The notes under the pieces are model-generated. The model was not told the DNA's origin, did not search any database, and saw only the letters and a program-made list of their open reading frames with translations. A stretch of DNA of 64,000 nucleotides from Bacteroidales bacterium (GTDB lineage: Bacteria; Bacteroidota; Bacteroidia; Bacteroidales; VadinHA17), in the NCBI GenBank assembly GCA_963662685.1, contig OY759745.1, positions 17,752-81,751 on the forward strand, given 5' to 3'. Positions 53,675-64,000 of this stretch are shown in pieces (position 1 is the first letter of the stretch; each line of letters begins with the position of its first letter). The translations under genes were made by a program, and so were the position numbers.

Positions 53675-56077
53675 ATGATCAGGAGAATCTTCAATAAAAA
53701 AAAGACCACCTCACAACAGGATGCAGTTTTCAATAATTTCGAAAAACTATTTCCCAGTGTCCTCTTCGAGATAAATGTCGATGGAAAATTTGAATACCTA
53801 AACTATCATGGTCGAATATTTTTCGGGCTATCTGATGCCGACCTTAAAAAAGGTATATCCATTGAAGACGTATTTCCTGATCATTACAAGAGAATACATA
53901 AAAAACTAAGTTATATAAAAGGCCCTGACGATATTTCTTCTGAAGAATATCTGATTAAAAACGCTGACGGAAAACAAATAACCTGTCTTTTCAAAACCTC
54001 CGGGATTTTTTCAGGGAACAGGCTTACGGGATATCGGGGTATAATAACGGACATAAGCAAACAGAAAGACACCGAAAACCAAATAATTAAGGAGAAAGCT
54101 TTTTTTAAAAGTATGTTTGATTACTCTCCTGAAGCGACAGCTATAATAGACACAACTGGGATAATAATAAGGATCAACCTTGAATTTACCAAGCTGTTTG
54201 GATTTTCGGCCGATATGGCGCTAAACATGAATATATCAGAACTGATATTGCCTTTGGATAACAGAAATGATTCAATAAGCCCTGATCTGCTTCCAAAAAC
54301 AGAAAAAGAGACGGTCCTGATGGATATGTCCGGTAAGCGTTTAAACATTAATCTATCCGCTGCTGTTGTAACTGTTGACAATAAGGATATCGCATACATA
54401 CTTTCATTCAGAAACATATCACAGGAGAGAATTCTACACATGTTGCAGGAAGCTGTATACAATATCTCATCTTTAGTACTTGATCTGCCTTCTATCAATG
54501 ATATTTATCCGATAATTTGCCGTGAACTGAACAATGTATGGCACTCTGAAAACTTCTTTATTGCGATTACCGATGAAAATAAAGATACCCTTACTCTGCC
54601 TTATTTCATCGACGAAAAAGATGAATTCAAAACGATTCCCAGAAATAAGACATTGACGGGCTGGCTTATTGGAACCAAACAACCGGTAATACTAAAAAAA
54701 ACGGACATTCTCAAACTTGAAAAACAGGGGCTTATTGACCAGGTAGGATCTGACTGTGAAGTATGGATGGGGGCACCTATTGAAGTCGGTGACCGGATCA
54801 TTGGGGCAATATGCATCCAGGACTATAAAGACGAGAACCGTTATTCCGAAAAGGATCTCGGATTACTTGACTATGCGGCTAAACATGTTGCCATAGCCAT
54901 TGACAGGAGGATGCTGCTCGACAGTATGAAAGACGCAAAAAAACTGGCAGAAAATACAGCGAGCAGCAAACAGACGTTTCTGTCGACTATGAGCCACGAA
55001 ATCAGAACCCCCTTGAATGAAGTTATCGGTATAGCTAACATTTTATTGCAGGAGAATCTAAGACCTGATCATATAGACTATATCAGATCCCTTCTATTCT
55101 CAAGCAACCATCTATTGACATTAGTCAACGATGTCTTGGATTTCAGTAAAATAGATGCCGGCAGGATAGATTTTGAGAATATTCCCTTTAGTTTAAAAAA
55201 TTACCTGGATGATCTTAAAAAAGCTTATGCGATAAGAGCAAATACCAAACATCTGAAGTTTGAGCTTATAAAAGGGAATTCCATCCCTGAGTATGTTATT
55301 GGCGACCAGGTCAGACTTAACCAGATCATATCCAATCTGTTCTCCAACTCACTAAAATTCACAAGAGAGGGTGGTATTAGGATAATAGTGAATGAGAAAA
55401 CCAGAACAGATAACAAATCTACTATTGAATTCAGGATTGAAGATACCGGTATAGGCATTCAATCCGACAAACTGAATTCTATTTTTGAAACCTTTACCCA
55501 GGCTTCAAAAAGCACAACCAGGCAATATGGAGGTTCAGGATTGGGGCTTACAATTTCGAAAAGGATAGTAGAACTCCTGGGAGGAACCCTGAAGGTCGAC
55601 TCTTCATATGGTAAAGGATCATCGTTCTACTTCAAGTTGGAGTTCAGGCTTCCATCAAACATCGAAAGTGGCGAAAAAACAATCGTTGAAAATCCCGAAT
55701 TACTGATGGGAAAGAGAATACTTATAGCTGAAGATAACAATATTAACTTTATGGTGGCCAATAAGATTCTCTCAGCAAGAGGGCTCGTCGTATCCCACGC
55801 CGAAAACGGCAGGAAAGCTGTTGAAATGGTAGAGAAGCAATATTTTGACCTGGTGCTGATGGACCTTCATATGCCTGAGATGGACGGCATTGAAGCGACA
55901 AAAATAATACGTAACTCGCAAGACATTAAAATCAATAATATTCCTATTGTAGCTCTTACAGCGGTAGCTTTATCGGATTGTAAAGAAAGGATAGCCGATA
56001 TCAGATTTGATGGCTATATACTCAAACCTTTCAAACCAGAGAGTCTTTTTGGGACTATTACACGTCTCTTATCGTAA
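53675..56077 (+). CDS. Hybrid sensor histidine kinase (PAS, PAS, GAF, HisKA, HATPase_c, REC)
   Basis: Canonical H-box FLSTMSHEIRTPLN. Kinase motifs: NLFSNSLKFT, DTGIGI, GGSGLGLTI. C-terminal REC: ILIAEDNNIN, VLMDLHMPEMDG, ILKPF. The ATG at 53675 is preferred over the TTG at 53639. Confidence 0.9.
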   Translation: MIRRIFNKKKTTSQQDAVFNNFEKLFPSVLFEINVDGKFEYLNYHGRIFFGLSDADLKKGISIEDVFPDHYKRIHKKLSYIKGPDDISSEEYLIKNADGKQITCLFKTSGIFSGNRLTGYRGIITDISKQKDTENQIIKEKAFFKSMFDYSPEATAIIDTTGIIIRINLEFTKLFGFSADMALNMNISELILPLDNRNDSISPDLLPKTEKETVLMDMSGKRLNINLSAAVVTVDNKDIAYILSFRNISQERILHMLQEAVYNISSLVLDLPSINDIYPIICRELNNVWHSENFFIAITDENKDTLTLPYFIDEKDEFKTIPRNKTLTGWLIGTKQPVILKKTDILKLEKQGLIDQVGSDCEVWMGAPIEVGDRIIGAICIQDYKDENRYSEKDLGLLDYAAKHVAIAIDRRMLLDSMKDAKKLAENTASSKQTFLSTMSHEIRTPLNEVIGIANILLQENLRPDHIDYIRSLLFSSNHLLTLVNDVLDFSKIDAGRIDFENIPFSLKNYLDDLKKAYAIRANTKHLKFELIKGNSIPEYVIGDQVRLNQIISNLFSNSLKFTREGGIRIIVNEKTRTDNKSTIEFRIEDTGIGIQSDKLNSIFETFTQASKSTTRQYGGSGLGLTISKRIVELLGGTLKVDSSYGKGSSFYFKLEFRLPSNIESGEKTIVENPELLMGKRILIAEDNNINFMVANKILSARGLVVSHAENGRKAVEMVEKQYFDLVLMDLHMPEMDGIEATKIIRNSQDIKINNIPIVALTAVALSDCKERIADIRFDGYILKPFKPESLFGTITRLLS

Positions 56078-56107
56078 TAACGATAGGGCCTTATGAAGCG
56101 GGAAAGT

Positions 56108-57322
56108 TTACTCACAATTCCTCTCCAAAAGGAAAGAGGCTCTGTCATCACCCATTTTCTGCGCCATTTTCAAACAAAAACAACCAGTATCTTCCTGTCT
56201 GAGATTTAAATGTGATATTCCCTTGTTTAGCCAGCTTTCAGAATTATCAGGATTTAGGTCAAGGGCCATGCCATAGTCATTAGCCGCTAGCTCCCATGAT
56301 TTTACCATAAAATATGTATCGGCCCTGTCAATATAAAACCGTGGTTCACCGCTATTTGCTTCCAGACATTTCGAATAATACCGAAGGGCACTGTTATAAT
56401 TACCCGCAGCCCTTTCAATTGAGCCTCCGAGACTCAAAGCATCAGTGTCTGAAGGGTATAAAGACAAATAAAGATCAACATAAGAGGCAGCCTCATCATA
56501 ATCCAGCCCACCTTTATAGCATTCGGCCAGTTTAAGTAAAATAATGGCATCCGCATCACCCACCTTAAGCAAACCCAGATAATTCATTGCCGCGCCCGCA
56601 TAATCTCCATTGGCGAAACTGGCATCGGCCAGGAGTCTGACATAATCGGCATTAGCCGGTTCCTCTTGAACCAACGGAGCCATAATTGTCGTTGCTTCAC
56701 GGTATTGTCCCGATGCATATTTAATATATCCTTCAATATAAGTCAATTTATTATCTTCAGCATAATCACTTTTTAGTTCGTTTAATATATCCATAGTTTC
56801 ACCGGTACGACCCAAGGAAATGTAATACTCAATTTCCGAAATTGATTTCTCAATTCTTGAGTACCACTCTTTTTTGATAAACTGTTTCCACTCCTGACTA
56901 TTTGATATCCTGCTAAGATCCTGATCCAGTAAAACCTCTTTTTCTCTCATCTTGTAGCCTGAACCCATATTTTTCTCAAGATAGCCAATAGCCGTAGCAG
57001 CATCACCTTTTAGAGCATAAACCCTGGCCAGACCGAAACTTGCCGCACCTGGTGAAATATTATCGGCCTCCACTAAATCGCTTATTGCCTTATCCAACTG
57101 ACCTAATGACATATAAACCTCGGCTCTTTCAAGATACAGTCCGGTAGTCTTATCGGCAGCAATAGCCGATGAAAGAATATTTATCGCTTCTCCGGTTTTT
57201 TTATTTTCCAATAAGGCCTGGGCTTTCAATATATCCAAAGGAATATCCTGTCCGCATGAATAATATTGGGAAACCATAATAGCCAATAAAAAAACAGAAC
57301 AATATTTAAGAAATCCTTTCAC
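56108..57322 (-). CDS. TPR-repeat protein (secreted)
   Basis: A signal peptide is followed by repeated TPR-like A..Y...G....A helical pairs throughout. Confidence 0.75.
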   Translation of the reverse strand: MKGFLKYCSVFLLAIMVSQYYSCGQDIPLDILKAQALLENKKTGEAINILSSAIAADKTTGLYLERAEVYMSLGQLDKAISDLVEADNISPGAASFGLARVYALKGDAATAIGYLEKNMGSGYKMREKEVLLDQDLSRISNSQEWKQFIKKEWYSRIEKSISEIEYYISLGRTGETMDILNELKSDYAEDNKLTYIEGYIKYASGQYREATTIMAPLVQEEPANADYVRLLADASFANGDYAGAAMNYLGLLKVGDADAIILLKLAECYKGGLDYDEAASYVDLYLSLYPSDTDALSLGGSIERAAGNYNSALRYYSKCLEANSGEPRFYIDRADTYFMVKSWELAANDYGMALDLNPDNSESWLNKGISHLNLRQEDTGCFCLKMAQKMGDDRASFLLERNCE

Positions 57323-57332
57323 CTTTATTAAT

Positions 57333-59945
57333 TCAATAGATAATATCTTCGTTCGATGCTCCTTTTTCTGTCATAATATGTATAAATCCTGAAAGATGGA
57401 ACTGTTCCAATCCGGTTATCCTCCATTCAAACACATCACAATTATAAAAATATACCCCCGGAGGGACAACACTGCCTTTATACTCTCCGTCCCAGTTCAA
57501 TTTAGGTTCCTCTGTGCTGAAGATCAAAACACCGGTCCTGCTATACAACTTAAAGTCAACTCTGTCCACCAATCCTGAAGCCTTGGCAACCAGATAATCA
57601 TTCTTCCCGTCTCCGTTAGGCGAAAAAACATTCGGTATCTCATAAAAGTTACACGAATCAACGCATACCATTGTCGACTTAACGCTCTCATTACCCGCTA
57701 AGTCAACAGTTGTTACCGCATAACAACCTGAAATTGTCTCTTCTGTCAGTTGGTGAATATACGCAAAAGTGTCGCCATCCGTAATTGTCGTCAACAAGTT
57801 CAATATCTCATCGTTTATGCCTTTATAGTAAATATTATATCCGGCAGCATCAGCATCACAATCAATCCCTGGTTCAACGCTCCATTCAATATTATTATAA
57901 AGGTCGGTGCAATTACTCAATACTTTGATAGAAGGAGGGCATGGCGCCTCATTATCTTCAGGAATTACGGTTACCTCTTCCGACCAGTTTACCAAGTTTT
58001 TAGGCATCATGTCAAACGGATACGAACCGGTTGATCTGACCTTATATTTGTATTGTTGTCCGTTTATGAGTCCATTATCCGTATATGATAAAGTAATTGT
58101 CGTCCCAATTGAGTCCCATAATGATGATAGGGGATTATACCTGAAGATGTCGTACCTTTCGTTTAACCAGGGAACATTTTTGCTCATAGTGAGCTTCGAC
58201 TTAAAATCTCCGGGCGCACCATCCAGAAACAATGAAGAAGCATAACCAGGTTCACCCACCAAAAACTCCCATCCCGGTGTAAGATTCCACAATTCCACTT
58301 TATAGTTATATCCTGTTTCATTTGTATTTAAAGATACGTCTGTATAAGTAGTATCATTTAAATCTGTTGTAGGTATTGATGTAAATTGCGAGAAGTCAAC
58401 ACCGCTAACCCCCTCTGCTCTGAATAATCTGTACTCATACGGACCATTAGCATGCGGAATTGTATCCAATTTGTCCGGTTTTCTCCAGACAAGCAGTATA
58501 TAACCGTTTTCGTTATCGCTTTCAACTACAGATACGTTACGCATAACAGGCACACCCGATACCAAAGTTGTGGACAGTTCATCTGAGGGTTTGCTCTCAG
58601 TACCATTCGGGTATACGGCCACAACGCGATATGCGTACTCTTTACCAAATTCGAGACCTTCATCTCCTCCCAGATCCAAAAAAGATACCGTTGAACTACC
58701 AGCAGCATACCCTACCATTTCAAATCCTGTAGATTCAGGCAAACCAGTTGTACAGTCATCTGCCTCATAACCAGAGATCCCTTCACGTCTGTAGATATGA
58801 AATCCGGCTATTACTCCAGTTCCATAGTTCTCCCAGGCAATCCTTATGCTTTTGCCCTCAGGAGTAACGGTATTTAGCACCGGAGAAGGCGCCATAACCT
58901 TTATGGTAAACTCTTTCAAATCAACAAGGTTTACATCAGAGTTATTATCGTCAACCTTCATAAGCACGGAGTAGGGCTGACTTCTCACAGCTTCATGGCA
59001 TGGTGTCCAGTCAAAAACCGATGTTACAGTACCTACCCCGGAAGACTCATCGCATGAGGCCGGACAACCGGATAAACATAGAAGTCCCGATGTAGCCGAT
59101 AATGTAATGTTATCTTCATTGGGGTCAGTTGCCGTTATAGGAATAGAGAGAGTCTCACCCACTTCAACACAGATATCGTCAGGAATCTCTATCTCCGGGG
59201 GTTCATTATCTGTCTCATAAACATCTATCTGCATATCCCGTATCACCACGCCAATTTTTTTACCGTCGCGCCACTCCTGTATTTCAATGGCAACATTGTA
59301 TTTTCCCACATTTTCAGGGCTATCCCAAACCAGATCTCCCGTAACCGGATCAAGAGTAAATGAATTTGACGCCGGAGGAAGCGTGTAATTCTCAATAGGA
59401 TCTCCATCAATACTGGTGCAAGCTGTCAGTTCATAAGAGAGGCTGTCCCCATCTTCATCAAATGCTCCCGGATTATGGACAAAAACATAACCAACAGCTG
59501 CTTTGTCGAATGGTACGTTAAGCAACTCCGGGGCATTATTCCCTCCCATAGTAGTGTTAACAGTCAATACTGATGTAATAGAAAAAACCACGTTTACAGA
59601 GTTGGGAATATTCTCAACACCCAGATTTCTGTTGGGATCCTGAACCAGAAGCTTATATATACCGGGACCAGGAAATGTGTGTGTAGCCACATATACGTTT
59701 TTTCTATAATAATTTGGGAGTTCTGTTTTTGTTACTCTGGGTGCTATGGTTATACTGTTATCTCCCCAGGAAATTTCGAGTTCATCCCTGTCAGCGGCAC
59801 TTAATGTATATGTATAGGTCGTAATGGTTACCTCATAAGTCAGTGCGGAAATTTGACGGTATGTTATCTCTCCCGCCCGGTTATGAGTGGCCGAAAGAAT
59901 TATAGTATCAACCATAAATAGTACCAGAAAAAATAACTTTTTCAT
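57333..59945 (-). CDS. Large surface protein with a T9SS type-B (gliding-motility-associated, CHU_C) C-terminal sorting domain
   Basis: The C-terminal IPNVFSPNGDGKNDYLV...YSRTGVLIF...WDG is the type-B sorting-domain signature. A signal peptide is present at the N-terminus. Confidence 0.85.
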   Translation of the reverse strand: MKKLFFLVLFMVDTIILSATHNRAGEITYRQISALTYEVTITTYTYTLSAADRDELEISWGDNSITIAPRVTKTELPNYYRKNVYVATHTFPGPGIYKLLVQDPNRNLGVENIPNSVNVVFSITSVLTVNTTMGGNNAPELLNVPFDKAAVGYVFVHNPGAFDEDGDSLSYELTACTSIDGDPIENYTLPPASNSFTLDPVTGDLVWDSPENVGKYNVAIEIQEWRDGKKIGVVIRDMQIDVYETDNEPPEIEIPDDICVEVGETLSIPITATDPNEDNITLSATSGLLCLSGCPASCDESSGVGTVTSVFDWTPCHEAVRSQPYSVLMKVDDNNSDVNLVDLKEFTIKVMAPSPVLNTVTPEGKSIRIAWENYGTGVIAGFHIYRREGISGYEADDCTTGLPESTGFEMVGYAAGSSTVSFLDLGGDEGLEFGKEYAYRVVAVYPNGTESKPSDELSTTLVSGVPVMRNVSVVESDNENGYILLVWRKPDKLDTIPHANGPYEYRLFRAEGVSGVDFSQFTSIPTTDLNDTTYTDVSLNTNETGYNYKVELWNLTPGWEFLVGEPGYASSLFLDGAPGDFKSKLTMSKNVPWLNERYDIFRYNPLSSLWDSIGTTITLSYTDNGLINGQQYKYKVRSTGSYPFDMMPKNLVNWSEEVTVIPEDNEAPCPPSIKVLSNCTDLYNNIEWSVEPGIDCDADAAGYNIYYKGINDEILNLLTTITDGDTFAYIHQLTEETISGCYAVTTVDLAGNESVKSTMVCVDSCNFYEIPNVFSPNGDGKNDYLVAKASGLVDRVDFKLYSRTGVLIFSTEEPKLNWDGEYKGSVVPPGVYFYNCDVFEWRITGLEQFHLSGFIHIMTEKGASNEDIIY

Positions 59946-59955
59946 CTATCTGACT

Positions 59956-60429
59956 TTATAAAGAGAAATCCTTCTCCCTGAATTCCGGCGTAAATTTGAT
60001 CCCTTCTTCACGATCGTCTAACCTGACTATGGTCATATTTGATTGATCGGCGTAAAGATCGGTCAAAAAAGCCACATACAGGTATATTGATTTACCTCCA
60101 TTTTCTACCGGGTAAACGAGATTAACCTCCATTTCATTGTCTTCAATGCCTAAATTAACGATCTTCCCTTCCAGATTTCTTCCATCAACAACAAGTTTAA
60201 GCCGGTCTGATATATACGAGAGCAGTTTTTCTGGAGGGAAAACCGACTTCTCGGCGTACAGTTGAAGATCCTGGTCTTCATCAAATAATCTGTAATCCAG
60301 CAAAAAATCATCAAAATACAACTTAACAAAAACCTCCATCGTACCAGAACCACTGTCATGGCCGATACTAATCATACCTACATGTACGGGATGCAGCAAC
60401 AAAAAAAACGGTATAAAAAGAAAACGCAT
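59956..60429 (-). CDS. Hypothetical protein (157 aa, N-terminal hydrophobic leader)
   Basis: ORF track only. It is tightly packed between pyk and the T9SS cargo gene. Confidence 0.55.
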   Translation of the reverse strand: MRFLFIPFFLLLHPVHVGMISIGHDSGSGTMEVFVKLYFDDFLLDYRLFDEDQDLQLYAEKSVFPPEKLLSYISDRLKLVVDGRNLEGKIVNLGIEDNEMEVNLVYPVENGGKSIYLYVAFLTDLYADQSNMTIVRLDDREEGIKFTPEFREKDFSL

Positions 60430-60432
60430 TTT

Positions 60433-61866
60433 TCAGTCTTCTGTAATGCTTACCCTGTCTTTCAGATAATGAACAGTACCCACCTCAATAAACGAGAATC
60501 CGGATGTCCCGGAGAAATTTCCCGCCAACACCACAACAAGATCATCATCCTTGAGTCCTGTAGGTGTTAAAAGATTCTTCAAGGCCACATGCATAAACTT
60601 GTCAATGGAATCGTTACGTTCCTGATAACTTGGATATACACCATAAGATAAAGCCAGTTCACGCATGGTTTTCTTGGAATAACACTGAGCAAGCACAAGA
60701 TTGTACCCCCTAAAGGATGCCATATCTCTAATAGTCTTGCCCTCAACAGTATCAGCTATAATACCTTTGGCACCCAGTCTTACGGAGGTTTTTACCGCAA
60801 CTTTCGCAAGGTACCCTGATACCTCTCCAATAGTATTTATATATGCGGTATCCAAGAATTTCTCTTTGTTTTGTTCAACCTCCAGGGCAACCTTTGTCAT
60901 AGTTCTGACCGCTTCAACAGGGTATTTTCCGTAAGCCGTCTCCCCGCTGAGCATAATAGCATCTGTCTGAGAGTAAATAGCGCTGGCTATATCGCTTACC
61001 TCTGCCCTTGTAGGACGGGGATTGTTGATCATGGAATGGAGCATCTGGGTAGCTACTATCACCGGCTTGCGGCAATAAATACAGCGGGATATTATCATCC
61101 TCTGGATAGAAGGTATTTTCTCATATGGAATTTCAATTGCGAGATCACCTCGTGCCACCATAATCCCGTATACCTCCTCAAGAATGTCGGCCAGGTTATC
61201 AACCCCTTCCTGATTTTCTATCTTCGCTATTACTTTTATATTGCCACCTAAATCTCTTATTATGTTCTGTACATCGATGGCATCCTGGGCCGAGCGGACA
61301 AAAGAATGGGCGATAAAGTCGATATTGTTATCCACCGCAAATTTCAGAAACTGTTTATCCCTTTCGGAAACTGACGGGAGGTCGATCTTGACTCCCGGAA
61401 TATTTACACTTTTTCTGGAACCTATTACACCATCGTTTTCTGCCCTGCAAACAAGAGAGTTCCCTTTTCTCTCCATAACCTTAAGCTCAATATCCCCATC
61501 ATCTATCAACACCCTTGATCCTATCGGCACCACAGCCGCAAAACTCTTAAAACTGACAAAAACCTCGGTACCAACCGATTTTTTTTCGGGATCTCCTGTA
61601 ACGTTAAGCAAACTGTTCCTGGCCACGGTCAAAGGCTCATCACTACTCATTGTCCTGATTTCAGGACCCTTAGTATCTATCAGTATCGCTATTTTTTCAG
61701 AAACCGTACGAACATTATCTATTATCATTTTCGCCCCTTCCTGATTCAGGTGAGCGGAGTTGATCCTTACAACGTTCATACCGGCCTTAAATAACTCCCT
61801 TATAAATTCAACCTCACAGTTTTTATCAGATATTGTGGCTACGATTTTCGTTCTCTTACTTTTCAT
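60433..61866 (-). CDS. pyk: Pyruvate kinase
   Basis: KIVATISDKN..., GMNVVRINSAH, IAKIEN, MVARGDLAIEIP and ATQMLHSM. Confidence 0.95.
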   Translation of the reverse strand: MKSKRTKIVATISDKNCEVEFIRELFKAGMNVVRINSAHLNQEGAKMIIDNVRTVSEKIAILIDTKGPEIRTMSSDEPLTVARNSLLNVTGDPEKKSVGTEVFVSFKSFAAVVPIGSRVLIDDGDIELKVMERKGNSLVCRAENDGVIGSRKSVNIPGVKIDLPSVSERDKQFLKFAVDNNIDFIAHSFVRSAQDAIDVQNIIRDLGGNIKVIAKIENQEGVDNLADILEEVYGIMVARGDLAIEIPYEKIPSIQRMIISRCIYCRKPVIVATQMLHSMINNPRPTRAEVSDIASAIYSQTDAIMLSGETAYGKYPVEAVRTMTKVALEVEQNKEKFLDTAYINTIGEVSGYLAKVAVKTSVRLGAKGIIADTVEGKTIRDMASFRGYNLVLAQCYSKKTMRELALSYGVYPSYQERNDSIDKFMHVALKNLLTPTGLKDDDLVVVLAGNFSGTSGFSFIEVGTVHYLKDRVSITED

Positions 61867-62001
61867 CAGAATAGAATTTAAATTTATACTGTAAAATTAA
61901 CCCCGGAAGATCCAGTATAGCTACACCCACGTGTACTACTGACAATCATCATTCGTATTGATTTAAACACGCATATGGGACTCATAATGACCGGTTTTCC
62001 T

Positions 62002-62430
62002 CTAATTATCAATTTTCACCAACAGAGCTTCAACCGCCAGCCGGTAACTGTCTAGTCCGAATCCGGCTATACTCCCTATGCAGTTTTTTGCTATCAAACT
62101 GACATGGCGATACTCTTCGCGGGCATGGACATTGGTGATATGAACCTCTACGACAGGAGATTCTACCGATGATAACGCATCCGCTAAAGCTACAGAAGTA
62201 TGGGTATACCCTCCGGCATTCAGGATGATGCCATCAACCGCGAATCCCTTGTCTTGTATTTCATTAATAAGTTCGCCTTCAACATTAGACTGGAAATAAC
62301 TGAACTCAATTTCGGAATACACATTCTTCATCTCCCCATAAAACTCTTCGAAAGAGTTTGTTCCATATTTTTCCGGCTCCCTAACGCCCAGAAGATTTAA
62401 GTTGGGGCCATTGATTATCGCTATTTTCAT
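62002..62430 (-). CDS. aroQ: Type II 3-dehydroquinate dehydratase
   Basis: MKIAIINGPNLNLLGVREPEKYG and ILNAGGYTHTSVAL. The ATG at 62430 is preferred. Confidence 0.9.
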   Translation of the reverse strand: MKIAIINGPNLNLLGVREPEKYGTNSFEEFYGEMKNVYSEIEFSYFQSNVEGELINEIQDKGFAVDGIILNAGGYTHTSVALADALSSVESPVVEVHITNVHAREEYRHVSLIAKNCIGSIAGFGLDSYRLAVEALLVKIDN

Positions 62431-62618
62431 TAGAACAGAATTTAATTTTATAGTGAAAGATGAGTCCAATAAAGTCCAGATTGTCTAAGTCCACACTGTT
62501 TCCGGATTATATCCATCTTTATACATTTTTTGGTACAACAAAAAGAACTTCCGTTTTATTATCTGACAACAAAAGTAACTATTTTAGCCAAAATATTATA
62601 TAATCATTGTATTCTGCC

Positions 62619-63515
62619 ATGAGTTTGACATGGGAAAGAGCGAAAAAGGATTTTGAAACCTACCTAAGGCTGGAGAAATCATTATCGGTCAATAGTATAG
62701 ATGCCTACTTAAGAGATGTTGAAAAACTTGCATCATATCTCACTGAGACAGGTATTGAGAAGGAACCAGTAGAAATAGACTACGAAGAGATAAGGAATTT
62801 CATATTTTGGTACGGTAAGAATAACGAAAACGCCAGAACACAATCCAGAACGATATCAGGAATAAAAGCTTTTTACAGGTTTCTTGTTCTGGAGGGAGAG
62901 GTTGAAAACAATCCGGCCACACTTATCGAATCTCCAAGAATAGGATTCAAAATTCCCCAGGTATTGTCAGAACATGAAATTGAAAATATTCTTGGCGCTA
63001 TTGACCTCTCAAAACATGAGGGCCACAGGAACAAAGCGATCATTGAAACTCTTTATGGCTGTGGCCTGAGAGTGTCGGAACTGGTAAACCTGAAAATAAC
63101 TGACATCCATTTAAAGGAGAAATTTATCGTCGTAATAGGTAAAGGAGACAAACAAAGACTGGTTCCAATGGGCGAAAAAGCTATTCAGGCTATTCTGTTA
63201 TATTTTGAGAAAAGAAATACGAACAGGGTTATCGACGAAAATATAGTATTTCTCAACCGAAGAGGCAGAAAACTAACAAGAGCGATGATATTCACCATTA
63301 TAAAGGAATCAGCCCAATCCGCCGGCATCAAAAAGAATATCAGTCCCCATACCTTCCGGCACTCATTCGCCACCCATCTCGTTGAGCATGGCGCAGACCT
63401 CAGGGCGGTTCAGGAGATGCTGGGACATGAATCCATAACCACCACGGAGATATATACGCATGTCGACCGTACTTATCTCAGGGACACATTGATCATGTTC
63501 CATCCCAGGGCTTAA
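62619..63515 (+). CDS. xerD: Tyrosine recombinase XerD (chromosome dimer resolution type)
   Basis: The catalytic R..HxxR..Y context is present: GLRVSEL, HTFRHSFATHL, GHESITTTEIYTH. There are no flanking phage or IS genes. Confidence 0.85.
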   Translation: MSLTWERAKKDFETYLRLEKSLSVNSIDAYLRDVEKLASYLTETGIEKEPVEIDYEEIRNFIFWYGKNNENARTQSRTISGIKAFYRFLVLEGEVENNPATLIESPRIGFKIPQVLSEHEIENILGAIDLSKHEGHRNKAIIETLYGCGLRVSELVNLKITDIHLKEKFIVVIGKGDKQRLVPMGEKAIQAILLYFEKRNTNRVIDENIVFLNRRGRKLTRAMIFTIIKESAQSAGIKKNISPHTFRHSFATHLVEHGADLRAVQEMLGHESITTTEIYTHVDRTYLRDTLIMFHPRA

Positions 63516-63758
63516 CAGATAGTTCTTGAAAATGATACGGAAAATTATCAACAGAAAGATAAAACTCACCGTGACATAACAGACCGTTTAAACAAAGATT
63601 ATCAGCCTAAAATGCACTAAGATGCCAAATAAACAGAGTTTCACATTATTTAGTAAATAGCATGAGAATTCTCCTTTTATTTTCATAATAAATATTCTAT
63701 ATTTGCGCTCTATTTTGCTAAACGTTTATATTTCAAATAATTTCAAAACAATAAAATT

Positions 63759-64000
63759 ATGTCACAAGTTAAAAGAGTTTATTCATTTGGCAAGAAGGAT
63801 GCTGAAGGTAAGGCAGATATGAAGAACCTTCTTGGTGGAAAAGGCGCGAACCTGGCGGAAATGTGTCTATTGGGGTTGCCTGTTCCTGCCGGTTTCACTA
63901 TCACTACCGATTCCTGCATGGAATATTACAAAAACAACAGCACCCTTTCCAAAGAGTTGATGGACGAAGTTTGGGCCGCGATGACAAAAACTGAAGAGAC
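63759..64000 (+). CDS. ppdK: Pyruvate phosphate dikinase, N-terminal fragment (continues beyond the window)
   Basis: Manual translation from the ATG at 63759 gives MSQVKRVYSFGKKDAEGKADMKNLLGGKGANLAEMCLLGLPVPAGFTITT. A candidate -7 box TATATTTG lies at 63698-63705. Confidence 0.8.
   Translation, partial: MSQVKRVYSFGKKDAEGKADMKNLLGGKGANLAEMCLLGLPVPAGFTITTDSCMEYYKNNSTLSKELMDEVWAAMTKTEE

Noticed and set aside
62619-63515. Tyrosine recombinase as a marker of a mobile element
   Set aside because: The sequence and context (next to aroQ, pyk and ppdK, with no phage, IS or att-like repeats seen) fit housekeeping XerD rather than an integrase of an island or prophage.
1-64000. CRISPR arrays, rRNA genes, IS elements and prophage genes
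   Set aside because: I looked for regularly spaced direct repeats, rRNA-like conserved stretches and transposase or phage-like ORFs and found none. The only RNA gene I can support is tRNA-Val.

Overview
Bacteroidota-type chromosomal segment. Lineage evidence: a T9SS type-B (CHU_C) sorting-domain protein at 57333-59945, a Bacteroides-style -33 TTTG / -7 TAnnTTTG promoter in front of tRNA-Val, TonB-C/TPR/PD40 envelope proteins, and an archaeal-type ProRS. The window has two parts. (A) About 1.3-31 kb is one uninterrupted minus-strand supercluster of roughly 27 genes. It holds a complete chemosensory core (2 MCPs, CheW, CheA, CheY, CheR, CheB, CheD). Interleaved with the core are non-canonical parts: a STAS protein, a HAMP-GAF-PAS-PAS sensor with no output domain, a 594-aa helical protein with an HDxxxQ motif, a histidine kinase whose phospho-acceptor His is Asn, two paralogous proteins of unrecognised family, and a TonB-C protein. 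Downstream comes a second CheR, a REC-less CheB and a GAF protein, tightly chained to a SiaA/SiaB/SiaB/SiaC-like PP2C / kinase / DUF1987 partner switch and a 1025-aa ABC exporter with an FHA-like N-terminus. The cluster is bracketed by two paralogous small secreted PPC-like proteins. Its three apparent transcription units are each preceded by a CAGGTA-N4-TACCTG palindrome, and two orphan NarL/LuxR-type response regulators lie just upstream. This is the candidate novel system: a non-flagellar chemosensory pathway that appears wired to a Ser/Thr partner switch and an exporter, with several components I cannot assign to known families. (B) About 34-64 kb is mostly housekeeping: tRNA-Val, DedA, a poly-ferredoxin/DUF362 pair, larC-larE-larB, WbqC, a FadL-like OMP, two tandem Tyr-rich/Ser-Thr-Arg-rich low-complexity proteins, proS, an Omp85-like OMP, tilS, aroC-aroB, nth, a hybrid sensor kinase, a TPR protein, a T9SS cargo protein, pyk, aroQ, xerD and the 5' end of ppdK. 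I found no CRISPR array, rRNA, transposase or phage genes. All calls rest on reading the translated ORFs and the DNA by eye; no database search or computation was possible.
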